DNA of 63,781 bases, counting the filler, from Octopus bimaculoides (taxonomy: Eukaryota), in NCBI RefSeq assembly GCF_001194135.2. It is 5 parts of 5 records of this genome, joined end to end, with 100 filler letters (N's around TTAATTAATTAA, not from the genome) between each part and the next. Parts side by side here need not be neighbours in the genome. Positions count along the whole stretch, not along the records: positions 1 to 28,819 come from NC_068981.1; 4 more parts are not named here. The stretch is one strand, 5' to 3'. A model generated the notes under the pieces. It did no database searches, had not been told where the DNA came from, and saw only the letters and a program-made list of their open reading frames with translations. Shown here piece after piece: positions 1-12,879 of this stretch. Made by a program: the position numbers and the translations under genes. Position 1 is the first letter of the stretch. Each line of letters starts with the position of its first letter.

Positions 1-44
1 ACAGACAGACAGACAGACACACATTCTCATTTTTATATATATAG

Positions 45-208
45 ATGACAGGCTTCTTTCAGTTTCTGTCTACCAAATCCACTCACAAGGCTTTGGTTGG
101 CCTGAGGCTATAGTAGAAGACACTTGCCCAAGTTGCCACGCAGTGGGACTGAACCCGGAACTATGTGTTTCGCAAACAAGCTACTTACCACACAGCCACT
201 CCTATGCC
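45..208 (-). mobile_element. tRNA-headed SINE, family A (5' half)
   Basis: The - strand reads GGCATAGGAGTGGCTGTGTGGTAAG (A-box-like) ... GGGTTCAGTCCC (B-box-like) ... ACTTGGGCAAGTGTCTT. The same sequence recurs more than 10 times in the window. Confidence 0.8.
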
Positions 209-254
209 TATATATGTTTGTTCTTGATTTTTAGATGGGGTTTGACAGGATTAG

Positions 255-960
255 ATCAGGTGTACAACATAACAATCTAACCACCAATAATGATACTTCT
301 GGTCTGCCATATATTTGTCTATCTGACCTGCTTCTATTGAAATGACAAGACAAACCAAATATGTCAGCTTTAGTAAATGAAGCTCTGTGCTACTTTTGTG
401 GATAGCAACTCTGTTCTGGAAACTGCAGCCAAAATGTTTCCCCAAGTTTTTGACAGGTTGATTTGTCAATGTCAAAACAGTGGATATGGAAGCGGAACTT
501 TATCACCACTTTCTCTCCGGCACAAGGAATTTTGATTTTCATAGTTTAAAGCTCAACTTTGTCCATGAGATGAGTTTCTCAAGTCTTTGTAAGATTTGCC
601 TACTATCAGTGATTGCTGACATTGTTACAATCAGATCATCCATGAAAGCTCTTATTGATGACTGCTTTGCATATTAGTATTTGCCTGGACTCCATCTTGG
701 AACTCCACCTCTCCTGACTTGACCTGCAAATTCATGGTGAGGGCAAAAAAGGATGACTGAGATAGTGCAGCCTTTCTCCAACTTGTATCACTCTGGTGTT
801 CTGGTTACAGAATTATCTCTCTTTCACAAGTTGTAATAATAATCCAGGAGGTAACTGATCTTGCAGGGAACATGATGTCTTCAAAGAGCCGCCTGTACAA
901 ATTTATGTGGTAAGAACATATAGTTGATTGTGATGTCCAATCACAAAACTACCAGATCTA
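255..960 (-). pseudogene. R2-superfamily (HERO/NeSL-like) non-LTR retrotransposon RT remnant
   Basis: Frameshifted - strand translation: LEKG..CTISVILFALTMNL, QSSIRAFMDDLIVT..ILQRLEKLISWTKLSFK, QPVKNLGKHFGCS. These match RT domains 4-7 (AFMDD) of HERO-type elements as recalled. Confidence 0.65.
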
Positions 961-1190
961 TTTTGCCTTCGTTTGCTTCTTTTAAGAGCTGTATAACTAT
1001 CCATCTGTATACTCTAAGCAACCTGGTGTTTCATTGGTATCACCTTTCTGTGCGTTTGGCTATAGCAGTGGTACCACCTTTCTGTACTGAGGATATAGTA
1101 GAAGATACTTGCCCACAGTGCCATGTAATTGGACTAAACTTGAAACCATGTGATTGCAGAGAATTTTAAAACCATACAAGCAAGCCTGTT

Positions 1191-1241
<51 letters not shown>

Positions 1242-1247
1242 CGTATG

Positions 1248-1280
<33 letters not shown>

Positions 1281-3172
1281 TTGTACATAAATGTATATGT
1301 ATGTATATTGACAGACACTATATATATATATATGTGTGTGTGTGNNNNNNNNNNNNNNNNNNNNNNNNNNNNNNNNNNNNNNNNNNNNNNNNNNNNNNNN
1401 NNNNNNNNNNNNNNNNNNNNNNNNNNNNNNNNNNNNNNNNNNNNNNNNNNNNNNNNNNNNNNNNNNNNNNNNNNNNNNNNNNNNNNNNNNNNNNNNNNNN
1501 NNNNNNNNNNNNNNNNNNNNNNNNNNNNNNNNNNNNNNNNNNNNNNNNNNNNNNNNNNNNNNNNNNNNNNNNNNNNNNNNNNNNNNNNNNNNNNNNNNNN
1601 NNNNNNNNNNNNNNNNNNNNNNNNNNNNNNNNNNNNNNNNNNNNNNNNNNNNNNNNNNNNNNNNNNNNNNNNNNNNNNNNNNNNNNNNNNNNNNNNNNNN
1701 NNNNNNNNNNNNNNNNNNNNNNNNNNNNNNNNNNNNNNNNNNNNNNNNNNNNNNNNNNNNNNNNNNNNNNNNNNNNNNNNNNNNNNNNNNNNNNNNNNNN
1801 NNNNNNNNNNNNNNNNNNNNNNNNNNNNNNNNNNNNNNNNNNNNNNNNNNNNNNNNNNNNNNNNNNNNNNNNNNNNNNNNNNNNNNNNNNNNNNNNNNNN
1901 NNNNNNNNNNNNNNNNNNNNNNNNNNNNNNNNNNNNNNNNNNNNNNNNNNNNNNNNNNNNNNNNNNNNNNNNNNNNNNNNNNNNNNNNNNNNNNNNNNNN
2001 NNNNNNNNNNNNNNNNNNNNNNNNNNNNNNNNNNNNNNNNNNNNNNNNNNNNNNNNNNNNNNNNNNNNNNNNNNNNNNNNNNNNNNNNNNNNNNNNNNNN
2101 NNNNNNNNNNNNNNNNNNNNNNNNNNNNNNNNNNNNNNNNNNNNNNNNNGACAATAGGGTTTAATACACCCCTCTGACTTGCCAGCTCCTATCAAATTGT
2201 CCAACTCATGCCAGCTTGGAAAACAGATGTTAAATGATGATGATGTATATTACTTTATAGGTACTCATTCACTGGTATCAACTTACATTTCCAAATAATT
2301 TTCTCCCATAGTTATTTACTTCTGTTTCTATATGCATTTGTTCTAGTAGCATGCAAATAACAAAATTTACAATAATTACTGACTGATACTAAACTCACAA
2401 GGATTTGGTTGGCCTGAGGCTATAGTAGAAGACTCTTACCCAAAGTGCCATGTAGTGTGACTGATCCTGGAATCCTGTTGGGAAGCAAACTTCTGACCAG
2501 ACAGTCATGTCAGCACCAATGTGAAGTTCATAAATTTGGACAAGTTCATATACCTTGATCATAGGAATGTATTTAAATTTCTGAATTTCACAAACCAGTG
2601 TATGCATATTGTGGTGTGATGGAGGAAAAAGACAACAAGAAGCAAAAGGACAGAATGAAACGTTGGACCATACCTCGTCGACCGCGGCGGAGTAAACGAT
2701 CGCTCCAGATCAAAACACGTCTTCCTCGTAAGCTGTCTGTCTTCTGACTGCCCCCACGTGCTGGCCTTCGACCGCGTGTGTCCGACCCCATAACACCACA
2801 CATATATTGAGGAGTATGTGAAGTTTGTAAAATCAGTGGAATTTTAAAGTAATCACAACTAATTAAATACAATTTGCATGTCTGGAAAATGTGTAGAGTT
2901 TTTTTACTGTTCCCATCCTCTTATTGTTGTGAACAAGGGAATTCAGCCTTTTCTGAAACTGTAATATTAAATTGAATAAAGTTGATTTCTTACATGGACT
3001 CAAGACCAGACATTTTATGAGTAGGATCAGTACTTGATGGATACTTTATTTTATCAACTTTGGAAAGATGAAAAGCAAAGTTGACCTCGGTCAGATTTGA
3101 ACATAGAACATGAAGAGCCAGAACAAATGTCGCAAGGCATTTTTTTCCAATGTGGTAATGATTCTGTCAGTT

Positions 3173-3421
3173 TATGTGGAGGCACGTGGCTTAGTGGTTA
3201 GAGTGTTGAACTCACGATTGTAAGATTGTGGTTTTGATTCTTGTTGCATTGTGTTCTTGAGCAAAACACTTCATTTCACATTGTTCCAGTCCACTCAGCT
3301 GGCAAAAATGAGTAATCCTGTGACAGACCAGCATCCTGTCCAGGTGGGGAATATATGTGCCATGGAAATTGGGAAACCGGCCCTTATGAGTTGGTATGCC
3401 TCGAAAAGCTAATTTTATCTT
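3173..3421 (+). mobile_element. tRNA-headed SINE, family C1, with target-site duplication
   Basis: A-box GTGGCTTAGTGGTTAG, CORE-like GTGTTCTTGAGCAAAACACTT, short T-rich tail. Flanked by the 11-bp direct repeat TTCTGTCAGTT (3162-3172 and 3422-3432). Inserted into an older family E SINE. Confidence 0.8.
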
Positions 3422-3499
3422 TTCTGTCAGTTCATCATCTTAAATAAATAACAAGTAATACATTCCTATTATCTATTTTATGGTATCTAGCTTTTATCT

Positions 3500-3875
3500 T
3501 TTACTTGTTTCAATTATTGTACTGCAGCCATGCTGGGGCACTGCATTGAAGAATTTTAAGTCAACCAAATCAACCCCAGTACTTTTTGTGTTTTTTTAAG
3601 CCTGGTACTTATTCTTTTGGTGTCTTTTTGCTGAACTGTTAATTAAGGGGATGTCAACAAACCAACTCTGGTTGTAGGGGACAAACAGAAACAAACACAC
3701 ACACAAATATGACAAGCTTCTTTCAGTTTTCGTGTACCAAATCTACTCACAAGTCTTTGGTCGGCCTGGGGCTATATAAAAAACACTTGCCCAAGGTGCC
3801 ATACAGTGGGGTTGAACCCAGACCCATGTGACTGGGAAACAGACTTCTTACCATGCAGTCATGCCTGCACCCTAT
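3500..3875 (-). mobile_element. SINE family A, near full length
   Basis: Head, central part, internal CA microsatellite and the GCATGGCTGCAGTAC...GAAACAAGTAAAAGA tail are all present on the - strand. Confidence 0.75.
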
Positions 3876-5025
3876 CTAATTATTTTCACTATATTCTTCA
3901 CACATGGTATGCCAGTAGAAAAAGTTGAGGACATCTGCACTAAATAGTTTTTTTGGCTGGGCAGACCACCACTAGTTACTTTAGATTCTTTTTCTTCCAT
4001 TAAAAAAAAAAAATAATATCTTGGACAACCAGCTGAATTGATAACTGGTTTTCAGTATGTTGCTGATAACCTGTTTTCTCTATGTTGCATTGTTTCTATG
4101 AAGGAGACATTTAGCTGTCATTAACTGAGGAAACAATGAAAAATAGAACCTTTTATTATAAGGTATTCGAAGGATGCTGGTGAGTGTCCATGATCTTTGC
4201 AGATTTTCCAAGACTGCTGAAATCAATGGAATTGGCAGACAAATATTTTTAATTTTTTCTCAAGGAAATCCTATAATATTTAACAATCACAAAATGCTAT
4301 GGAGAACGAAGGTGAACTCTGGTTCTTAGGGGGATTATGATAGGGAAAGTATTTGCTTTTTTAAAAAGTTTAGGTATACGTGTAATGGCTACAATTTCAT
4401 GTAGGACAATTTCATTGTTATGCATATTTTTTTCTTTTAAGAACAGTTTATTTCATTATTCGTTATGAAACAAAAATAAGGGTTTGATCTTTGGAGACAA
4501 TTTTCTATTTTTGCATTATTAAAATTTACTGGATCGATTAAAAAAGAGCATATTACGTACTCATTTTCATCAAAACTTAGAAGAAGTTAGTTAAAAAAAA
4601 ACAACAGAAAATAAAGGGACATAACTCATTTATATATTCGTGTGGAGTTATATATTGTGGATACTAATTTTTCACTGCTAATAAAATATTTAGTTTAAAA
4701 TCTTTTACAGCCAGCCTTTCTCTTTGCCTATCAAAGGGTTTTTAAAAATCTTAATACCTTACACGTTATTATCTATAGCTTATCTGCTTTAAGATCTAAC
4801 ATTCCAAAATTATATGTATATATGTATGCACATACGCGCATACATATGTATAGTTAGTATGTTTAAATTTTATTGAATGTCAATAAAAATTCGGTGAAAA
4901 TATTATCTGTCAATAAATAAAAAAAAAAATAACAATCAATTGTTTGTATGATGATACATGTTCAATATAATATAATTTTCTGGAAAAATTAAATTGTCAA
5001 CGTACTAAGCGGCTTTCATATTCAG

Positions 5026-5069
5026 TGCGCATGCGTAGCCCACGTAGCAGTAGAGACAATATGGCTGCC
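5026..5069 (+). promoter_or_regulatory. Putative housekeeping core promoter (NRF1-like and YY1-like motifs)
   Basis: TGCGCATGCGTA at 5026-5037 (NRF1-type palindrome) and AATATGGCTGCC at 5058-5069 (YY1-type), in a local CpG-rich patch within AT-rich DNA. Confidence 0.6.
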
Positions 5070-5397
5070 GCAACGACAGCATTTATCATTGCGGTACATT
5101 TGATATATTTAGCTTAAAATGACTGTTATATTTTATCTATGAAGTTGTCAGTATCTTCTTGGGTGTATTAAATTTTTTTTCATTTATTCGATTTCATTTA
5201 AACTTTCGCTTTTGGGGGGGAAGCCGATAGTTTATCTCAGCTGACAACACCGTTTTCTCTCCGTCTTTCATTAAACAAATACTAACCAGAAGTTCAATAT
5301 TGGCAAACTTTTTACTTTTACACGCAAGTAAAAGGAGACGATAATTAATTAACTAGAGAGAAAACAATATATACATACTAGGGAAATCGTCTATCAG
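5045..5397 (+). other. Putative non-coding first exon of the SEC16-like gene (start approximate)
   Basis: Lies downstream of the promoter motifs and ends at a perfect donor CAG|GTAAGT (GT at 5398-5399). The partner acceptor is at 22086-22087. Confidence 0.5.
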
Positions 5398-7436
5398 GTA
5401 AGTATATTATGTCTACATCTCTATCCGTTTGTTGTTGTACGTGTAGGTGTGTAAAATCGAACTGCCAAAGCCAACAGGTCGCCAGTTTAAAAGTACAATT
5501 CAAATTATTTATACATTGCAGTATTTTTCTGGTATTCTTTTCATCTTTGCATTTATATATGTATCTGGAGAATGTAAGAAAAATAACATTTCACCCCCCC
5601 CCCCCCCACATGTTCTAATTTAATAATATAACGAACTACTGTTAATCTGTGTTAAAGCGCTATCTTCCACGTTGACATCTAGAAAGTCATCTCAGTGAAT
5701 TATTCTCAGCTGTTAAGGACCTGAACGATTTCGTCGAATACTTCATCCGTTTAAAAAAAAATTAATATAAATAAGGTGTGGTCGCAATAAACACTGAAAC
5801 AACGATCCTGTTTTTGTTCACCATATGTGCATCTTGTGAATGTTATATTTTTTAAAGCTTAACTTATTTTCGAAAAAAATTCCAGCTATGGCTTAAATCA
5901 GTGTTTAACAACGTGTGGGTGTGTATGTTTATGTAAATATATATACACACACATACACGCTCTTTCTCTCTCTTTTACATACCCTCTCTCTTTCACACAC
6001 ACTCTTTCTTCCTCTCTTTCTCTCACATATTTAGATATATTAAAAAACAAAAATCAAGCGCAAAACAAAATTGTTTACATCTGTCAAAACTTATAAGCTC
6101 AATGTCAGATTACTTAATCTTCTTATATATTAGATAATTTCACACTTCTGTAGTCTATTCAGTTTTATGTAGCATGTCCGATTTAGTTTCAATCTTGATT
6201 CCATTAAGATTTGGCCCTGGATGAAACTGTTATGAAAAATAAATAAATAAATCAAAATTATAATTTCCCGATCTCCTTTTCCTACGGAGTGTAAGAGATG
6301 TCATTATTCCTTACTATACGTATTCCTCTGTGTGATGTATACACAACGATATATATGTATATATATATATATATATATATAAAACTTATTTTCAGATCTG
6401 CTGGTTGTGATTCAACCCTGAACGAGTGATCAAAGTCATTCCAGCCATTATCATCCTGTCTTTTACAATTCACAGCTACCTAGGCTTACATTATCTAATT
6501 TATCCTTATATTTCTCTTTAAGATGGAAGAGAGATTTGTTTGTCTGCTATTTCAAGCAAATAGAGCGATCAAGTTGAGGCGTCTTCTGATAGTGGTTTGC
6601 ATTTGTTATCGCTTAGTCTCCGTTTAGTTATTGTAATCAAAGCAGACGTATTATCAGAGGCGTTAAGCCTTGACCAGCTGCCTCGTTTTTTCTTTTACCT
6701 TTTTCACCCGTAGTAGTGTTTGGAAGTACATTATCCAATGCACATTATTTCCTTATTGTTAAGAGAGTAGAGCGTGAGATTTGAAGGATTTCTACCAACT
6801 CGTGCGATCACATAGACGCTCCCTAGTTGGCTCATCAATGAGATAGTTCAGTTGTACCGACTGACTATAAAGCATATTGCTAATAACGATAATTATCGAT
6901 ACCGACTGTGTGGATTTAGCAACGTGTCACGTTGTTAACCTAAATTTTCCATATTTTCTTTAAAAACCAAAGGAAGTTTGTGTGTACGTGTATATANNNN
7001 NNNNNNNNNNNNNNNNNNNNNNNNNNNNNNNNNNNNNNNNNNNNNNNNNNNNNNNNNNNNNNNNNNNNNNNNNNNNNNNNNNNNNNNNNNNNNNNNNNNN
7101 NNNNNNNNNNNNNNNNNNNNNNNNNNNNNNNNNNNNNNNNNNNNNNNNNNNNNNNNNNNNNNNNNNNNNNNNNNNNNNNNNNNNNNNNNNNNNNNNNNNN
7201 NNNNNNNNNNNNNNNNNNNNNNNNNNNNNNNNNNNNNNTCAGTGGTGGAAAAATAAATATATAAATGCATTGAATCATTTATAAATGATTAGAATTGGGC
7301 TTACTTTTCAAAGAAATAAATAATCCTCTTTCGCTTTTATCTCAAAATTGGTCAACTGAGGCAATCTTAGACGGTCTTTCAGGTACAGGCAGTCATACCT
7401 TAGTGTTTTGTCACTTCGGTTGTCATCAATCAAAAC

Positions 7437-7481
<45 letters not shown>

Positions 7482-7489
7482 ATGTATGT

Positions 7490-8056
7490 TCATCATCGTC
7501 GTCGTTTAACGTCCGCTTGTGAAGCTGGCATGGGTTGGACGGTTTGACTGAGGGCTGGCAAGCCAGAAGGCTGTACCAGGCTCCAGTCTGATCTGGCAAA
7601 ATTTCTACGGCTGGATGCCCTTCCAAACGCCAACCACTCCAAGAGTGTAGTGGGTGCTCTTTACATGTCACTGGCACTGGCAATGATCACGCTCAAATGG
7701 TGCTTTTTACATGCCACCAGCACGGGACGAGTCAGGCTGCACTGGCATCAACCACGCACGAATGGTACTTTTTATGTCCCACTGGTACAAGTGCCAATCA
7801 GGTGGTACTGTCATCGGTCATGACAATGACTCAACAGGTCTTTGCAAGTGCAGTTTATTGCCCAGTGATTGAAAGGTACTCTTAAATGGGCTGGTTATGC
7901 TGCACTGGCATAGGCCATGGTTACGGACTCTCTTGGCTTGCCGGGTCTTCTCAAGCACAGCATATCTCCAAAGGTCTTGGTCACTTGTCATCGCCTCTTT
8001 GAGACCCAATGTGTAAAGGTCGTGCTTCACCACCTCATCCCAGGTCTTCCTGGGTC
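7490..8056 (-). mobile_element. RTE-clade LINE 3' end (ORF terminus, 3' UTR repeats, (GAT)n tail)
   Basis: - strand PRKTWDEVVKHDL..LGLKEAMTSDQDLWRYAVLEK, then repeated ~66-bp units, then GGAAGGGCATCCAGCC...GGACGTTAAACGACGACGATGATG. Confidence 0.85.
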
Positions 8057-8156
8057 NNNNNNNNNNNNNNNNNNNNNNNNNNNNNNNNNNNNNNNNNNNN
8101 NNNNNNNNNNNNNNNNNNNNNNNNNNNNNNNNNNNNNNNNNNNNNNNNNNNNNNNN

Positions 8157-8205
<49 letters not shown>

Positions 8206-8904
8206 ATATGTGTGTGTTTTGTTTGCTGTGCACATACACACACATTTGTATATATACATACACATGTACAATGTCCATACACACACGTGTGTGTGTGTGT
8301 GTGTGTATCTGTTTAGTGTATGGATAATCCAGATTCTTTAGCAAAAAATGAAAATGGAGAATTAATTTTTTTTAACATATTCAGTACATTAAAATTTGTC
8401 TTACATTCCAGTGAACATTCATGCACCTGTTCATTGTAATGTTTGACTCCTGTTTAATCTATTCCTGCAAGTTGCCATAGATACACACACATACACAAGC
8501 ACATACACACACACACGCATGTATGTCGCTCATGTTTTGTTTATATATCTATCAAATATGAATCCTGTCCCTCTAAATGCAGGAAACGTTTTAGTCTCGT
8601 ATTCAAAGAAAATATTTAGCTAACTACTAAGAAAAAGACTATTGACATTCATCATCATCATCATCATTTAACATCCGTTTTCCATGCTGGCATGGATGTG
8701 GACAGTTTGACTGAGATATGGGAAGCCAGCAGCTGCACCAGGCTCCAGTTTGATCTGGCAATGTTTCTACAGCTGGATACCCTTCCTAACACCAAGCACT
8801 CTGAGAGTGTGGTGGATGCTTTTTACATGCCACTGGCACAGGAGTCAGTCGGATAGCCCTAGCATCGATCACGTTCTGATAGTGCTTTATATGAGCCACC
8901 GGCA

Positions 8905-9165
8905 CAGGTACAAGAGTGGCTGTATGGTAAGTTGCTTGCTTACCAAGAAGATGGTCCTGGGTTCAGTCCCACTGCGTGGGACTTTGGGCAAGTGTCTTCT
9001 ATACAGCCTCGGCCTGACTAAAGCCTTGTGAGTGGATTTGGTAGACGGAAACTGAAAGAAGCCCGTCAGTACTAGGCTGACAAAGAATAAGTCCTGGGGT
9101 TAATTTGTTCAACTAAAGGTGGTGCTCCAGCATGGCCGCAGTCGAATGACTGAAACAAATAAATG
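8905..9165 (+). mobile_element. SINE family A with internal deletion
   Basis: The head and core join directly to the AGTACTAGGC...GCATGGCCGCAGTC tail; the internal microsatellite is missing. Confidence 0.75.
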
Positions 9166-9174
9166 AATATATAC

Positions 9175-9335
9175 GAGAAGCTTCTTTCTGTTTGTGTCTA
9201 CCAAATCCACTCACAAGGCTTTGTTTAGCCCAAAGCTATAGCAGAAGACACTCGCTCAAGATGTCACACAACATGATTGAACATGAAACCATGTGGTTGG
9301 GAAGCAAACTTCTTATCACACACCCACACCTACAG
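9175..9335 (-). mobile_element. SINE family A (5' half), inverted relative to its neighbour
   Basis: GCTTCTTTCTGTTTGTGTCTACCAAATCCACTCACAAGGCTTTG... is the reverse complement of the family A head/core. Confidence 0.75.
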
Positions 9336-11137
9336 CTAAAATATCAGTGCCTCAAGTGAGGTAAAATTGTGATTTTGATTTTTGGGCCGGCTGATGTTTT
9401 GCGTTTTTGAGGAAATTCTTTTCACAGTGTTCCAGTTTATTCTACTGGTGAAAATGACTAATTTTGCAATGAACCCGTGTCCAGTCCAGACAGGGATATA
9501 ACAGTGAGAAAAAATAGGAAATCGGTTTTATGCTCCTTACAGTATAATGTGGACTAAACACATTTACTGAATCAAATAAATGTTATACTTGTCCTTGGAC
9601 TACAATTGCTTCAAACCTATGTCTTTTATTGGTGCAATTTCTTCACTTTAACACCATTATATATCGTCATGATATCCACCATAAGTCATCTATTTCTTTC
9701 AACCTCTTCATACACTGACTGCATTCCCATTCTACATCACCTTATAATTTTTCTCTCTTGTTTATAATTTGTTTCATGATTAAAGAAGATTTTGTTGTTT
9801 CCAAAGCTGAAGAAGCAAAAATATGATACAATGTCTCGAAATAATCTGACATTTCTCTAAGTCTCCATCAATGTCTTGTTATCTCTCTTTGTGCTTCTGT
9901 GTGTGTGTGTGTGTGTGTGTGTGTTTCTGTAAAAGAAAAAAATGGTGATCATGAGGTGTCGTGAAATATTTCACTAGGGCATTGTTCTCGATGGCAGGTA
10001 GCGGTGTAGATGAATGAATGACAACAGAAAAAAAAAAAAAAATGGACAGGAAAAATATAGAAAAATTTTTTTTTACATAAATCTATAGCTAGTGGTATAT
10101 GATAAAGCAATAACTGCAACCGAAAAAGTTAAGAATCATCAATAGGCTTATCTAAGTTAAAAAAAAAAAAAGACTATTTACTGTAATAATGTGAATGGTG
10201 AATATTCACAAGTGTGAAATGTGTTATACTTTTTATTTGCATTTTCCTTAAGTTACTAATGTGTGAGTGTGTTTATATTTATGTAAGTATGTATGTGTGT
10301 GTGTTTGTGTATCCCTTCGCTGCCAAGCAATAATTTTTAGGTACAGGTGTGGGTATGTGGTAAGAAGTTTGCTTCTCAGCCACAGGGTTCCAGGCTCAGT
10401 CTCACTGCTTTGGCACCTTGGGCAGGTGCCTTCTACAATAGCCTTAGTTTGAGCAAAGCTTTGTGAGTGAATTTGTTGAATGGAAACTGAAAGAAGCCTC
10501 TGTGTATGTGTGTAGGTGCTCCAGCATGGCCGCAGTCAAATGACTGAAACAGGTAAAAGAGTAAGTGTTTGAGAACTACAGGATTAACAATAAGAATTTC
10601 AAGCTTACAAGGCAAAAGTAAAAAGAAAATATATATTTTGCCACAATTACTAACTTAATATCATCACATGATATCCTAGTTCCATACTCCTAAGGGTTGC
10701 ACACTTTGACAGGATCCAATGTATCCAAGGATTGCAGTGTGCTCCTCTGTCTGTTTTGGCATGGTTTTTATGGCTTCATGTCTTTCCTACTACCAACAAC
10801 TTTACAGAGAGTAGTGGGTGCTTTTTTGTGGTATGAACACTAGTGAGGCCACCATGCTGCTTGCAAGACTAAAATTCCCTTTGCCAAAGTGGGGCTACAG
10901 TAGAGAGGAACTTGACTATTTGCTAGGAGATAAAGGATTAAATTATCAGAGAAGGAACCAGAATGGAACAGGTTTCTTACTGTAGAGGGGCTACATGGCT
11001 ACTTACATTATAGAAAAAAAGGTAGGAATAACTGGAGTGGAGCTGTGGATAATAGTGTAGGTAGAAAGTAGTGAATTTATAACTTACAAACAAAATTGGA
11101 ATTACTGTAATAGATTTAAAAAAAAAAAAAACCTACA

Positions 11138-11530
11138 TGGTGCAGGCATGGCTATGTGGTAAGAAGCCTGCTTCCCTACCACATGGTTCTGGTTTCAGTC
11201 CCACTGTGTGGCACCCTGGGTAAGTGTCTTCTATAGCCTTGGGCTGGCCAAAGCCTTGGGCTGGCCAAAGCCTTGTGAGTGGATTTGGTAGATGGAAACT
11301 GAAAGAAGCCTGTCGTATATATATATCTGTGTGTGTCTGTGCTTGTCTCCTATCACCGCTTGACAACTGGTGCTGGTGTGTTTATTTCCCTCGTAACTTA
11401 GCGGTTCAGCAAAATATACTGATAGATAATAAGTACTAGGCTTAAAAAAAACAAAAGGACTGGAGTTAGTCAATTCAGTTGACTAAAAATTCTTCAAGCA
11501 TGGCTGAAGTCTAGACATAAACAAGTAAAA
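11138..11530 (+). mobile_element. SINE family A, full length
   Basis: Head, core with a 17-bp tandem duplication (11236-11269), TA/TG microsatellite, 3' part and AACAAGTAAAA tail. Confidence 0.8.
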
Positions 11531-12879
11531 AAGAAAAGATGGTTACATTATAAATTTATTTTGATATCAAAGCTAATCCTTTTTTTTCTGTGAAGTAATT
11601 TTTATTATTAATAATGATCTGAAGGTGGTGAGTGGCAGAAATGAATCATCTTGTGGTATTCAGTTGCGACCTTTTGTTCTAACTTCATATCCTACCTAAG
11701 TTGACTCTTTTTTTTATCCTTCTGGGACCAATAAAACTAGTTTTATCAGGTGCTGGAGTGGATTAAAAGTGACTTGTATTCTTGTATCAAATCATTATTT
11801 ATAATGAATGTTCTTGTTGGCTCTGATGCTTGTTGTCATGTGTTTAAAAAATATTTCATTGTCAGAAATTTAACCTTATAGAAATTCTGTTTCTGATCTG
11901 GGTTGTTGAAATATATCCAAGTGAGGTCCACAGTGGATTAATGTGCCCATAATGAAGTAATAATGCTCACATCCAGGGAAGAGCCACTCCACAAATTGAC
12001 ATTCAATCACTAACAGATACCACCCCTACCTCTGGTCCACAGACATACTGTCTTTTCTATCATTACTAATGGTCCCTACTCCTCAGAGCTGATTAATCTC
12101 AAGGCACCAGCCACCTCATATTACCCTTGTTGCATTCAGCAATCCTGGCCCTGCATTAACCACTTTTCTCAGTTCCTTCTCTCTAGAACATCTGTCCACT
12201 GGAATCTCCCCCTTGCTCATGCTTTCCTGCAGGTGTTGACCTAGAAAAGTTTGAATGAAATATTAGCTTCATTAACCTTATCTGTCTCTGAAGGCCTGCC
12301 AGGGCCATAGGCATTGCTCCTTCCTTCAGACTCGGTAAGTAATAAAAAAAAAAACAGAAACAAAATATGACATTTTTCCTTTCAAAACTGAAAACCAAAA
12401 GTTTTCTAATCAATTAACTTACAGATATTTTAAAGCAATTTCAAGACATTGTTTTTTTTTCTTTCCTAAATACTAAATTTATAAGCAAAAGAACATATAG
12501 CTTATAGATGCTATTTTATTGATATTTTATTCTCATAATTGGGTGAAAGTTAAACTCAACTTTTGCAAGATTTGAGCTCAGCAATAAAAAATCCCCAAAC
12601 TGGAATTAAAAATTGAATTGTAATAGAGTTTCTGGAAATACTGAATCTATTTTTGTTTTATTGAAACAGTTGCAAATATCATGGAAATTTATGATGTTCC
12701 ATATATATGTATATTAATATATGCATATTGAACATATTGTAGATCTCTGAATGGAGTCCACTCTGTGAATGAAGGTCACTAATAAGTAGGAGTATAGGAG
12801 AGCAAAAGGAACTCATTGTGTTCAGAATAGTTGGAGATGGAAATTTTGTGCTGATAAAAATATAGTAATGAATTTAACA

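Noticed and set aside
1134-2204. Long ORFs spanning N-gaps and (TA)/(TG) repeats (also 6935-7284, 30093-30918, 55035-55600)
   Set aside because: Artefacts of Ns and dinucleotide repeats (YIYI, CVCV, THTH).
2690-2740. Resemblance to U3 snoRNA (GAGGAAGA..GAGCG) or 7SK (GATC..GATC)
   Set aside because: Only short motifs match; the U3 5' boxes and the 7SK stem spacing are absent.
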